From Candidatus Doudnabacteria bacterium (GTDB lineage: Bacteria; Patescibacteriota; Doudnabacteria; UBA920; VMFF01), in the NCBI GenBank assembly GCA_028286905.1, contig JAQBQP010000003.1, forward strand, positions 23,317 through 87,316: DNA of 64,000 nt, in the 5' to 3' direction. The position numbers and the translations under genes are program-made. Below are positions 1 to 9,816 of the stretch, in pieces. Positions within the stretch are counted from its first letter, which is position 1, and every line of letters starts with the position of its first letter. The notes under the pieces were generated by a model, which saw only the letters and a list, made by a program, of their open reading frames with translations, did not search any database and was not told the origin of the DNA.

Positions 1-268
1 ATTCCAATTCATAAAAAGGAATAGAGGTGCTGATTTCTTTCTGCTTAATATCCACTTTTGGCGGTTTCGGAGGCAAAGGAGCCTTTCGAAGAACAACCGG
101 TTCAGCTGGAAAAGGCGTTGCAGCATTCTGAAGAATCGCAACAAGTTCATTTACTTCCTTATCACTCATCTCCGATAAAAGCTGGACCCACTCCGCTTTT
201 TCTACCGAAGACAAAATGCTTGCCTGTTGGATTACCTTTTTAGTTTTTTCAATATCTTCAGGACGCAT
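1..268 (-). CDS. Hypothetical protein, N-terminal part (runs off the window start)
   Basis: Not in the ORF track. ATG at 268 abuts the stop of 269..1024; the frame MRPEDIEKTKKVIQQASILSSVEKAEWVQLL... stays open to base 1. Confidence 0.75.
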   Translation of the reverse strand, partial: MRPEDIEKTKKVIQQASILSSVEKAEWVQLLSEMSDKEVNELVAILQNAATPFPAEPVVLRKAPLPPKPPKVDIKQKEISTSIPFYELE

Positions 269-1024
269 TTATCTTGCCCTCGTTTTTAATTCATCTAATT
301 TTTTCTGAATATCTATTTGAGATTTTATATCCATTCTTTGTCCCACCGGTATTGCCCGGCTACGATTTCTGTTGGCTTGTACCACAGGACGTTCGGCATT
401 ATTTAAATCATCATAAAACTTTAGAATTCTTAATAAAGTTTGACGCTGCATTTGTGGCAAAGAGCGGGTGTTAGAACTCTGGTTAATGTAATTTAAACGT
501 TCGATGCTTCCTCTTTTTGCTACCTTAGAAGGAAACTTTGAATAATCCATGATCCAATATTTCAAAGTTGGCAGCATTTTTCGTCCTTCTATCTCAATTG
601 GCATTGCACCAAACTGTTCAGTGTTCTGTTCTAAATCTACTGCAAGGCTTCTGAACACTTGTTTAACAAATTCATCTGATTCATAAAAATTGTAAAATTG
701 CTTTATCAAATCATCAGGATTAATTCCTTCATTTACTGCATTCAAGAATCTTGTTTTTAACAAGCTATCCTGATCTACTGATTCCAAAAGCACAAAAGTG
801 GCGAAAGCTAATTTAACCCAATAATTTTGATAGCTCTCATATAATTGTGGAAACTTGGCTTCTATCTCCGAGCCTTTGCTTTGCAAAACACCATTAATAA
901 AATCCAAAAGCTCTTCTATATACGAAAAGTTTTGCGATAGCAAAACGTCTTTGATTTCAAATTCAATTTTCTTGAAATCATTTAGGTCAACTGGATTTAA
1001 TTTTGTTAATTCGGAAATATCCAT
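269..1024 (-). CDS. Hypothetical protein
   Basis: 251-aa ORF tightly packed in a co-oriented cluster; no motif recognised. Confidence 0.8.
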   Translation of the reverse strand: MDISELTKLNPVDLNDFKKIEFEIKDVLLSQNFSYIEELLDFINGVLQSKGSEIEAKFPQLYESYQNYWVKLAFATFVLLESVDQDSLLKTRFLNAVNEGINPDDLIKQFYNFYESDEFVKQVFRSLAVDLEQNTEQFGAMPIEIEGRKMLPTLKYWIMDYSKFPSKVAKRGSIERLNYINQSSNTRSLPQMQRQTLLRILKFYDDLNNAERPVVQANRNRSRAIPVGQRMDIKSQIDIQKKLDELKTRAR

Positions 1025-1036
1025 AGATCCTTAGAA

Positions 1037-3427
1037 TTAAGTTGGCATCCTAGGCGGTGCCTGAGGACGGGCGAAATTATAGGTTGTATTAGTTCCGGCT
1101 GTCGTTCCTGCTATTCCAGCAGTTGCCTGATCACCGTGTCCAATAAAGACCTGTAGTTTCGAAGTTAACTGATTAGGTGCTTTTCCGGAATTTAGAACGA
1201 GGTTTTGAATGCTCTTTAGAGTTTGTCTCATAACATTTGGATCAACGCCTGTAACGTTTATTTTATTAACCTCAGCAGGCTCGGTATTGTCAACAATGTC
1301 TTGCATAGCTATATCCCTGGCAGTACCGGTCTTATCAGCTGTGGCAGCTAACAACGAACCGCCCTTTTTGCCACCCTTGGCTAAAGCTGCACGGATTTCA
1401 TGCTCAGCTTCTGCATTCCCTCTGGAAATGTCCTTGATAACTTTGTTCAGATTGTCTTGAGTGTAAGCTCCTCCAGTTAACCTGGTAACATATGCTTCAA
1501 TTCTTCCGTTTGTAGCCATTGCTTCAAAAGTGTTGGCAACTTTTTCAATCGTATGATGGTTGCCGCCTTTAATCTCATCTCTGATAAGTTGATTGCCTGT
1601 CATTGTTACCGCATCTGCAACCTTAGTTTTAAGCGCGGAAGCAATTTCTTCATCATGAATTTTTCCTTTTACACCAAGATCGGCTTTATTATCAGTTTTC
1701 GATTTGTTAAATTCTCGATTTGTTTTAACTCCGGCTGCAGCTATATCCGCAGCTTCTTTATTTTTTTCTTCGCTCACATGCAGGAATTCCTTAACTGCCA
1801 TTTTTGGACGTAAGGCCGTAGCTGCGGCACGCGAGAAACCCCCTCTTAATTGTCCTTTACTGTCTCGGGTTAACTTGTCAGATAAAATATTTTTCTCTCT
1901 TACAACTCTATTTTTCGTAGCCTCTCCGGCAAACTCAAAAGGTTTAATTGTAAGATGCTCAGCTTTTTTAACTATTGCGCCCACCCCAACCACGCCAAAG
2001 CCCTGAGCAACTTCAATCGCCATATATAAGAAAAAGATGATTGTAATACAAGACAAAGATAATTCTATAAACTGGCCAAGATTTTGGTTTACAGAGTTTT
2101 TAATAGAGTTCTGGGTAACCGCGGCAAGATATTCGGATTGTTTAATCGTTAATGTCGCCGCAATCTGCAAAAAGAAAGCAATGATCGGCGTAAAGAACGC
2201 GTATTTCAAAAAATATGTCCACCATTTGCTAGCCTCATGATGCAAATCTGGAATAACCCTTAAGCCATAAGCAACTGGTGAAAGCAAAAGCAAAATCCAC
2301 AAAGCAACCACCCTTATTACCAAGAATGCTGCCAAAGCCATAAACGCAAAGAACGCAGCAAGCGCAAAAAACAAATAAAATATCGCAGCTATTACATCAC
2401 TAAAGCTTCCTTTGAATGGTACAACATTTAAAATCTGGGTCGGCCGGACCATCATTTGATATGCCAAGTTACTTAAAACCGTTTGATTGTTTGGCAAAAA
2501 TTGCGCTTGTACAGTATCGGCAATTCCTAAAATTAATTGTGCAATAACCAAACTGAAGTTCACTAATATCGCCATTAAAACCAATTCGGGAATTAAGTGT
2601 TTGTAGTTATATTTTTTTTCAAATCCTTCGATACGGAACAGTGTTGCTAAAGCGATAACTAACATTGCAAGAATAAAGAAAATATTCATTACATTTCTAA
2701 CAAATACCCACCCGCCAAGAATAACCGCAGAAAAAGATGAATCGTGCACTTTCATATCCAACACCACTTGAATAACAGGAATGGTCAGGTAGTGTGTAAT
2801 TCCATACAATGCTGATGCAATTATTAATACGATTCCGCGGATTACAGTTGAAATGAAACCAATAAGTGTGTCTGTAACGCTTCCTTGGTCAGTAGGGGCA
2901 GCGGCATCTATTTTCCCGCTATCTTTGGTTGTGCTAGTAGTAGCGCCATTCTTTGTTACCGAAGCTGAAATTGTTTGGCTATGAAAACCTCCTGCAGTAA
3001 TATAAGGTCCTGGTATTTCTACTAAATCCGTCCCAGCAGGTTTGCCATCCAGGAGCCAGGCTACGCTACAATCACAAAGCGTTGCGCTTCCCGCTCTAGT
3101 GGGATACGGTTTACCATCTAAAAATAATCGATAAAATTGCTGTAATGTTGGAGCGGCGTATCCGCCTGAAGAATAGCTCTTTGCGCAAGTATAAATACTC
3201 AAACCTTTTGTGACCGGGACAGCGCCTGATCCGTTAGCCCCTGTAGATTGATCACAAAAAGGAGCGTTCGGAGAACTTGTTGCAGAAACGTCTTCGGCAC
3301 GTGCCGTTAAAATCGGATTTAACGCAACAAATAAGACAAAAAAAGCAAAGAAAATTCCTAAAACAATAGGACTTAGTTTCTTTAGTCTTTTATCAGTTTT
3401 TTTTGTTATTTTTGTTTCCAAAATCAA
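1037..3427 (-). CDS. VirB6/TrbL-like polytopic membrane protein (CPR type)
   Basis: Signal peptide, Cys-containing N-terminal domain, multi-TM core with GWVFVRNVMNIFFIL...LVLMAILVNFS...RVVALWILLLLSP...WW, and a long soluble tail. Confidence 0.65.
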   Translation of the reverse strand: MILETKITKKTDKRLKKLSPIVLGIFFAFFVLFVALNPILTARAEDVSATSSPNAPFCDQSTGANGSGAVPVTKGLSIYTCAKSYSSGGYAAPTLQQFYRLFLDGKPYPTRAGSATLCDCSVAWLLDGKPAGTDLVEIPGPYITAGGFHSQTISASVTKNGATTSTTKDSGKIDAAAPTDQGSVTDTLIGFISTVIRGIVLIIASALYGITHYLTIPVIQVVLDMKVHDSSFSAVILGGWVFVRNVMNIFFILAMLVIALATLFRIEGFEKKYNYKHLIPELVLMAILVNFSLVIAQLILGIADTVQAQFLPNNQTVLSNLAYQMMVRPTQILNVVPFKGSFSDVIAAIFYLFFALAAFFAFMALAAFLVIRVVALWILLLLSPVAYGLRVIPDLHHEASKWWTYFLKYAFFTPIIAFFLQIAATLTIKQSEYLAAVTQNSIKNSVNQNLGQFIELSLSCITIIFFLYMAIEVAQGFGVVGVGAIVKKAEHLTIKPFEFAGEATKNRVVREKNILSDKLTRDSKGQLRGGFSRAAATALRPKMAVKEFLHVSEEKNKEAADIAAAGVKTNREFNKSKTDNKADLGVKGKIHDEEIASALKTKVADAVTMTGNQLIRDEIKGGNHHTIEKVANTFEAMATNGRIEAYVTRLTGGAYTQDNLNKVIKDISRGNAEAEHEIRAALAKGGKKGGSLLAATADKTGTARDIAMQDIVDNTEPAEVNKINVTGVDPNVMRQTLKSIQNLVLNSGKAPNQLTSKLQVFIGHGDQATAGIAGTTAGTNTTYNFARPQAPPRMPT

Positions 3428-3539
3428 GGGTTTTGATTTATCTTTCTTGATATTATTATCGCATAAAAAGCGTCGAAAAACAAACTTTTTAAACTGTGTA
3501 CAACTTTGCTAAAACCGGCTGTTCACAAAGGCATAAAAA

Positions 3540-3568
3540 AATAACGTCCGCATAGCTGGGACGTTATT
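3540..3568 (-). terminator. Intrinsic terminator after 3579..4877
   Basis: AATAACGTCC / GGACGTTATT stem followed by a T-run on the minus strand. Confidence 0.6.
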
Positions 3569-3578
3569 TAAGCCACAA

Positions 3579-4877
3579 TTAGGTAGTAGGGCAATCTGCG
3601 ATTATGTAAGAAGCGTCGAGCGAGCTAGCTTCGTCGATACTAGCCTGCCTGGCTTTTTGGTCCGCATCAATAAGAGTCTTGTCGGTTAAAGTGCTGTCCA
3701 AACAATGAAGCTTATAAAAATTTACCCGAGCAACGTCATTCACTACTCCGATATCATTAATGTTACTAAACATCTCGCTTTGCGATTGGCCAGTGTCTGG
3801 ATCAATTGCGGTAAAACATCCTGCGCCAATGCTATTTAACTGATCGGCAACTGTTGTGTTAGTGTTGTAAACCATGTCACTTAAGGAAGCTCCTGAAATA
3901 CAAGCGCTAGCATCTGAAATGCCCCCGCCGGAGCCGCTAGAACCAGCAGTGCTGCCAGAACCTGAACCAGTACTAGTTCCACTGCCAGCTGTGGCTCCAG
4001 AGCCAGACCCAGCTGCACCGGAACCGGCTTGTACTTTAAAATCACTTACCAAAGTTTGATTTGGTTTACGATTTAATAGAATATCTCCTAATTTTTGAGC
4101 TAGGCTGGTAGAAAAAAAGGAACGCAACGAAAGAATACCATCATATGGTTTTACTGTTTGACCGAATAATTGATTAACTTTTGTTCCGATTTGAGTACTA
4201 ACGTATTGTGCGGGAGAGCCAACAGTACATTTTTGCAAAACAATACCACTTGATGTTTGAGTGTTGTTACAGTCAAGCAAGTCTTTTTGGCCGTTACTGG
4301 TAGACAAATTCATAGTCGCAGCGGTAGTTGCGTTACCAAGCACTTTACCAGCGTTTGCTTCTGCCAACGCCTTTTGGCCTTGAGGGGTAGCAAGTAAAGA
4401 ATCTGAAAGACGGTCATAGGCATTTTCTGAAGCAGCCCCGCCTTTTAGAAAGTCTGCATAATTTATATAATCGAGGGTTTGCTTATTATAAACTGGGCTC
4501 AAATTCGGACAGCTTGTACCACAAGTTCCATTTTGCTTGGAGATGTTCGCTCTTAAAACATAGGCGTTAAGCTGAGACTCCTTAGAGATAGCGTCAACGG
4601 TATAAACCATTTCTGCCAAATTACGGGTATAATTTAAATAATCATTGATCTTATACTGGTTTTGTAAATCATTAATAAACCTTTCGGAATATCTGTTATT
4701 GATACCTGTCAAAATCATTGCAGCAGCATCTTTTAAAATCGCGACCGCATCGCTGACATTAAAGTCTCCGACCCCAAACAACGCATGAGTAGTTGTCGGC
4801 CTGGCAAAAAAAGCTGTCAGGCTTACAAACACGATCATTAATATTATTGCGGGCTTCTTTAGGATATGTTTTTTCAT
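3579..4877 (-). CDS. Secreted hypothetical protein with a Gly/Ser linker and Cys pairs
   Basis: Signal peptide ending THA-LFG; GSGS-rich stretch; lies next to the VirB6-like gene. Confidence 0.75.
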   Translation of the reverse strand: MKKHILKKPAIILMIVFVSLTAFFARPTTTHALFGVGDFNVSDAVAILKDAAAMILTGINNRYSERFINDLQNQYKINDYLNYTRNLAEMVYTVDAISKESQLNAYVLRANISKQNGTCGTSCPNLSPVYNKQTLDYINYADFLKGGAASENAYDRLSDSLLATPQGQKALAEANAGKVLGNATTAATMNLSTSNGQKDLLDCNNTQTSSGIVLQKCTVGSPAQYVSTQIGTKVNQLFGQTVKPYDGILSLRSFFSTSLAQKLGDILLNRKPNQTLVSDFKVQAGSGAAGSGSGATAGSGTSTGSGSGSTAGSSGSGGGISDASACISGASLSDMVYNTNTTVADQLNSIGAGCFTAIDPDTGQSQSEMFSNINDIGVVNDVARVNFYKLHCLDSTLTDKTLIDADQKARQASIDEASSLDASYIIADCPTT

Positions 4878-4878
4878 A

Positions 4879-5850
4879 TTATTGCGCTAAGCTAAAGCCT
4901 GTTTTAATATCATTATTTAGGATATCCAAAAGATCATTATAGCCTTGGACATCGTTAGCGAGATTATTAGCAGCTAAGCCCGCTGTGTTGCTGTTACTAG
5001 CCTTATTAACTGCTATTTGATCGTCAATTATGATCATGGTCGATTGATAAGCTTGATAATATTTTTCGCTTAAACCAAGAAAGGCTGGCGGCGTGACAAC
5101 TTTTGCGATACTATCCAAAACTGTTTTTGTTCTGGCTTTGTAAGCTTGTAATTGCGCTGCATCGGTTACAGAAAAAACATTTAGCATTTCTTTGCCATAA
5201 ACAACATCAAATGATTTAGTTGCATTGCTCATTGAAGTAAAATACGCGGACATATCAGCTTTAGAATTAGTGCTTTGTGCGAAATTCGGTCCCGAGTAAT
5301 TCAAAGGAAGACTGATAGTATTATTCGTAGCATTAGCATTGGTTGAAACAATTGGATCAATAGCTAACTGTTGCTGTTGGGTTGGTGTTTGTCCGGCAAT
5401 ATATTGTTTTGCATCTGGATAATAAGTATTTACAAATTGATCTTGCGAAAGTGTATAATCAGTATTTTGATTTTTGGTTGGATCATAGTTTGCACTAACA
5501 ACCTGATTGTACAATCCGTTTTGATCAGGGATCAGCCCATCCGCAACCGCTTTATTATAATCTTGAAATTTTGTATTTGTTGTTGGCTTAACAACGGGCT
5601 CCGGACCACGCGGTTTCACTGAAGCAAATGGCTGACTCGGATCTTCCTTTACCACAAAATCACGTCCGCCGGTTGTCGTACTTGGAATAACAGTTGTAAC
5701 GCCGCCATTGCCATTTGTAGTTGTGCCGTTAGTTTGAGTGTTATCAATCGGAGTAGTTGGGGCTTTCTTTGAAGAAAGAAAAACAAAACTAAGCACTGCG
5801 ATCAACAGCACTATTCCACCCACTATTATCATGATCTTTTTTGTAAACAT
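4879..5850 (-). CDS. Membrane-anchored hypothetical protein
   Basis: N-terminal TM helix, Thr/Asn-rich linker, helical C-terminal domain. Confidence 0.75.
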   Translation of the reverse strand: MFTKKIMIIVGGIVLLIAVLSFVFLSSKKAPTTPIDNTQTNGTTTNGNGGVTTVIPSTTTGGRDFVVKEDPSQPFASVKPRGPEPVVKPTTNTKFQDYNKAVADGLIPDQNGLYNQVVSANYDPTKNQNTDYTLSQDQFVNTYYPDAKQYIAGQTPTQQQQLAIDPIVSTNANATNNTISLPLNYSGPNFAQSTNSKADMSAYFTSMSNATKSFDVVYGKEMLNVFSVTDAAQLQAYKARTKTVLDSIAKVVTPPAFLGLSEKYYQAYQSTMIIIDDQIAVNKASNSNTAGLAANNLANDVQGYNDLLDILNNDIKTGFSLAQ

Positions 5851-5889
5851 TTTTGTTTTAATTTCAGTTAGTCGATTTGACCAGAAAAA

Positions 5890-6468
5890 CTAAGGCAAGG
5901 CTACTTCGGCGCTAGTTTGATAATTTGTGCGCAGTAAATCCAGCTGACCTTGGACGGCCACAGCATATGTTGCCATCTGATCAGCCTCCAAAGAACTTTG
6001 AGCATTGAATCTTAACTGATAATAAGCTAACAATAATTTATGGTAATCAGAAAGCGCGCTTGGCGCCGCAATTCTTTTTAAATCAGAGATAAATTTATCC
6101 TGAGCGTCCTTACTACTTTGCAATGAGTTACCTGTTAACAACCCTTGAATATTGTCGGAATTTTTAACAATGTTGACCTGATCGGCATAATTAACAAAAG
6201 CTTGCTGGGAGTTATCCTCACTGGTTCGGATGTCATTCGGTTCAAATTGTTGAATTAGCTGCTGGTTATATTCGGTTGCACCCAGCACTTGTCCGCCATT
6301 GTTGGGCAGGTCTGCCAAGCTCGCACTTAACCCTGTTCCGCCTTTAACAGCGGCTAATCGGAGCGGTTTTTGGGTCCAAGCTAAGGTGCCTAATACTAAA
6401 GCAATCACCGCGATTAAAGCGACATTTTTCAAACCAAAGTCGTTAAAATGTTTTTCAGCAATATACAT
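5890..6468 (-). CDS. Membrane-anchored hypothetical protein
   Basis: N-terminal TM; GQVLGA motif; C-terminus (APSALSDYHK) loosely resembles that of the neighbouring 4879..5850 (TPPAFLGLSEK). Confidence 0.75.
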   Translation of the reverse strand: MYIAEKHFNDFGLKNVALIAVIALVLGTLAWTQKPLRLAAVKGGTGLSASLADLPNNGGQVLGATEYNQQLIQQFEPNDIRTSEDNSQQAFVNYADQVNIVKNSDNIQGLLTGNSLQSSKDAQDKFISDLKRIAAPSALSDYHKLLLAYYQLRFNAQSSLEADQMATYAVAVQGQLDLLRTNYQTSAEVALP

Positions 6469-6488
6469 ATATAATGATTATATCATTT

Positions 6489-7352
6489 TTATATTGTTTT
6501 ATCCAAACTTTTATAGAGTTGGTGCCACTGTTCCAATGACAATTCTTGAGGGCGCATTTTTGGGTCTACTTTTGCACTTTTAAGCAGCTCGGAAACAACT
6601 TCTGGATCTAATTTTAAATTATTTTTTAAGGTATTATGGATTTGTTTGCGCTTGCCGGAAAAAGCCGCTTTTATAATTTTGAAAAATTCTTTTTGATCCA
6701 CCTGATAACGCGGTTTTTCTAAAATATCTAAAACTAAAATCGCCGAATCCACTTTTGGCACCGGATAGAAATCTGTTTTTGGCACAATCCCAATTATCTT
6801 AGGCTCTGCGAACAGCTGCACCGAGATTGCCAAGATGCTTAGCTCTCCCACTGGCGCAACAATTCTTTCAGCAACTTCCTTTTGCATTAGCAAAACAATT
6901 CGAGAAGGTTTATTCTTTGCTACTAGTAACATTTCAACGATCTTGCCAGTAATATAGTAAGGAATGTTTGCCACGACTTTGTAGCCGGGTTTTAAAAGCT
7001 CTTGAAAATTAAAGCGCATCACGTCATCAAAAATAAGTTCAACGTTCGATTCGCTCTTTGGAGTTTTTGTATGGCTCTTCAGATGCACTCCCAGCTGATC
7101 TTTCAAAATTGGAAAATAACGATCGTCTTTTTCTACAGCTAAAACAAATTCCGCTTGCTCGGCAATTAATTGAGTAAGGTTACCAATACCCGAGCCAATC
7201 TCTAAAACTTGGTCAGTCTTTTTTATTTCCGCAGCTTCAACAATTTTTTCCAAAGTTAGCTGATTCAATAAAAAATTCTGACCCAAAAGATGATTCGGTT
7301 GAAAGCCGTATTTACCCAGAAATTGTTTGATATCAGAAATCATATTTACCAT
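6489..7352 (-). CDS. rsmA: 16S rRNA adenine dimethyltransferase
   Basis: LGQNFL, VLEIGSGIG, VANIPYYIT, MQKEVAER and PKVDSA motifs. Confidence 0.95.
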   Translation of the reverse strand: MVNMISDIKQFLGKYGFQPNHLLGQNFLLNQLTLEKIVEAAEIKKTDQVLEIGSGIGNLTQLIAEQAEFVLAVEKDDRYFPILKDQLGVHLKSHTKTPKSESNVELIFDDVMRFNFQELLKPGYKVVANIPYYITGKIVEMLLVAKNKPSRIVLLMQKEVAERIVAPVGELSILAISVQLFAEPKIIGIVPKTDFYPVPKVDSAILVLDILEKPRYQVDQKEFFKIIKAAFSGKRKQIHNTLKNNLKLDPEVVSELLKSAKVDPKMRPQELSLEQWHQLYKSLDKTI

Positions 7353-9472
7353 CTATTAATTACTTTAAAATCAATCCGATCTTCTGGCAGACCCTTCAGA
7401 ATACGCGAAGGCGGAAAGCTTTGCAACTGACCAAACAATCGACGCGCTTGAGCATAAATTAAGTACAAGTGCTGACGGGCGCGAGTAATTCCAACATACG
7501 CCAAACGCACTTCTTCTGCCATTTCAACTGGGTTTAGCAATGAACGGGAATGCGGCAGAATCCCTTCTTCCAAACCGATCAAAAAAACTGTATCAAATTC
7601 CAAGCCCTTGGCCTGATGCAGGCTCATAAATGTTACTTGATCCTTTTCATCTTTTGAACTATCCACTTCGGTCATCAAAGCAACCTCTTCCAGAAACTGC
7701 TCTAGACCGTCTTTCCATGGCAAATTTTGATAATTTGCTGCAACGTTAAATAGTTCTTCAACGTTTTCCCAACGGGTTTCGCCTTCATCTGTACCATCGC
7801 GCAGCCACGCTTCGTATCCAGTTTTCTTCAAAACCAAGCGCATTAGCGACAAAATATTTTCTTCTTCGTCAAAAATAGTGAACTCCTCTATTAATAAGAA
7901 AAAGCTTTGCACAGAATTATATTGCTTCGGCGAGAGCTTTATCTCCGCAACTTTCACTCGAAAAGTTGCCAAGTCATATTCAGAATTGAAAATAAAATCT
8001 TTAAGTACTTGATAAGACTTCTCACCGACGCCACGAGCCGGTTCATTAATGACGCGCTTCAAAGAAACCAAATCTTTATAATTAACAATTAATCGCAAAT
8101 AAGCTAACGTATCTTTAATTTCTTTTCTTTGGTAGAACTTTACGCCACCAATAATTTGATAAGGAATCTTTGCTTGTAAAAAAACTTCTTCGAGCGCACG
8201 AGACTGAGCATGGGTTCGATATAAAATCGCATACTTATTTAAAGGGCCGTGCTCTTCCGGCAACTGTGGAATCCCAAACAAAGAAGTTTTAACTCCCCTA
8301 TTGATTGCTTTTTGCTTATTCAAAAACTTATCTAAAATCGAATAAGCTTTTGGCTCTGCCACCTCTTCAGAAAAATCCGGAACGTCTTCAGTTTCGTAAG
8401 TAATTTGATCGTTCACAACTACGCCACCAGCTTTTTTAACGATAGTCTTAGCGATGATTTTTGCCTCTTCGATCTCATCCTCTACTTCGAGAAGTTTTAT
8501 TTTTTCGCCAGTTTCGTTTTCAGTCCAAAGCGTTTTCGGCTTTTGTTCGATATTCTGTTCGATTACTTCTTGGGCAACCGCCAAAATATTTTTAGTGGAG
8601 CGATAATTCTGTTCCAATTTAATTACTTTAGAATCTGGAAAGTGCTCTTCAAAATTTAAAATATTCTGTAAATTCGATCCGCGGAAACCATAGATACTCT
8701 GAGCATCATCGCCGACTACAAAAAGATTACGCTTGCCCATATTTTCCCCAGTACCCACCGCTAATAGATAGAGCAAAAGATATTGGGCATGGTTAGTGTC
8801 CTGATACTCGTCCACTAAAATATATTGAAAAATTTGCTGGTACTTTGCTAAAACCTCAGGAAAATTCTGAAAAATCTTTACAGTTAACATCAAAAGATCA
8901 TCAAAATCCAAAGCATTTTGCTTAAATAAATAGTTCTGGTAATCAGCGTAGATATCCCGAGTGATCGTTAATAAATATGAATCGATTGGCAGGTTCAATT
9001 CGCTTGGCGTTTGCAAAGCGTTCTTCGCGCTAGAAATATAATTCTTAAATACGGTCGGTGGGAACTTTGCTCCAAGGTTTCTTTCGGTCACAATTTCTCT
9101 GAATATCTTGGTTTGATCATCGCTATCCATAATTACAAAGCCGCGCGTATAACCTAATCGTGAAATTTCCTGGCGCAAGATTCGAGCACAAATTGAATGA
9201 AAGGTGCCCATTGCTGGCATGCCAATGTGTGGGAAAATATTGTTTACCCGACTTTGCATTTCCTTGGCAGCTTTGTTCGTAAAAGTAAGAGCCAGGATAT
9301 TTTCCGGTTTAAATAAATTTTCAGAAATTAAATAAGCGATGCGGTGCGTTAAAACTTTAGTTTTGCCAGATCCAGCTCCCGCCAAAACTAAAACAGGCCC
9401 CAAAGGAGCTGTTACTGCTTGTTGCTGTCGATCATTTAATTGGGCTAGAATTTTCTGTTTTATGTCGCTCAT
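7346..9472 (-). CDS. pcrA: UvrD/PcrA superfamily 1 helicase
   Basis: AGAGSGKT, VDEYQD, VGDDAQSIYGFRG, QNYRS, HQAKGLEF, RLAYVGITRA. Confidence 0.95.
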   Translation of the reverse strand: MSDIKQKILAQLNDRQQQAVTAPLGPVLVLAGAGSGKTKVLTHRIAYLISENLFKPENILALTFTNKAAKEMQSRVNNIFPHIGMPAMGTFHSICARILRQEISRLGYTRGFVIMDSDDQTKIFREIVTERNLGAKFPPTVFKNYISSAKNALQTPSELNLPIDSYLLTITRDIYADYQNYLFKQNALDFDDLLMLTVKIFQNFPEVLAKYQQIFQYILVDEYQDTNHAQYLLLYLLAVGTGENMGKRNLFVVGDDAQSIYGFRGSNLQNILNFEEHFPDSKVIKLEQNYRSTKNILAVAQEVIEQNIEQKPKTLWTENETGEKIKLLEVEDEIEEAKIIAKTIVKKAGGVVVNDQITYETEDVPDFSEEVAEPKAYSILDKFLNKQKAINRGVKTSLFGIPQLPEEHGPLNKYAILYRTHAQSRALEEVFLQAKIPYQIIGGVKFYQRKEIKDTLAYLRLIVNYKDLVSLKRVINEPARGVGEKSYQVLKDFIFNSEYDLATFRVKVAEIKLSPKQYNSVQSFFLLIEEFTIFDEEENILSLMRLVLKKTGYEAWLRDGTDEGETRWENVEELFNVAANYQNLPWKDGLEQFLEEVALMTEVDSSKDEKDQVTFMSLHQAKGLEFDTVFLIGLEEGILPHSRSLLNPVEMAEEVRLAYVGITRARQHLYLIYAQARRLFGQLQSFPPSRILKGLPEDRIDFKVINRW

Positions 9473-9655
9473 TTATTGTAGTATATCAGAATTTTAAAAA
9501 TACTTTTAAATCTAAAAGACTTCACAAAATCAACGCTATCAAGGGCTACGTAACAATATTCAAAAAGTAACGTCTATTTGGCGCTAACCTTAGCAAAATG
9601 GGGATAAATAATGGCTTACTTAAGCGATATTTTGGCTTACGTTAGCCAAAATCTC

Positions 9656-9684
9656 TTGATCAATGCTTCGGCATGCGGTAAGAT
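9656..9684 (+). promoter_or_regulatory. Sigma70-type promoter of the LysM/CHAP gene
   Basis: TTGATC-17 bp-TAAGAT. Confidence 0.6.
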
Positions 9685-9816
9685 GAGTTGTGTGCTGAAA
9701 CACTGCTTAAAACAGTGACTCAGCAGATAAGAGACCTTAAATAACTAACCCATTCCAAAAGCTTATTCCCCTGTTGATTTGACCCTCCTGGATGTCCGAC
9801 GAATAGGTTCGAAAGT

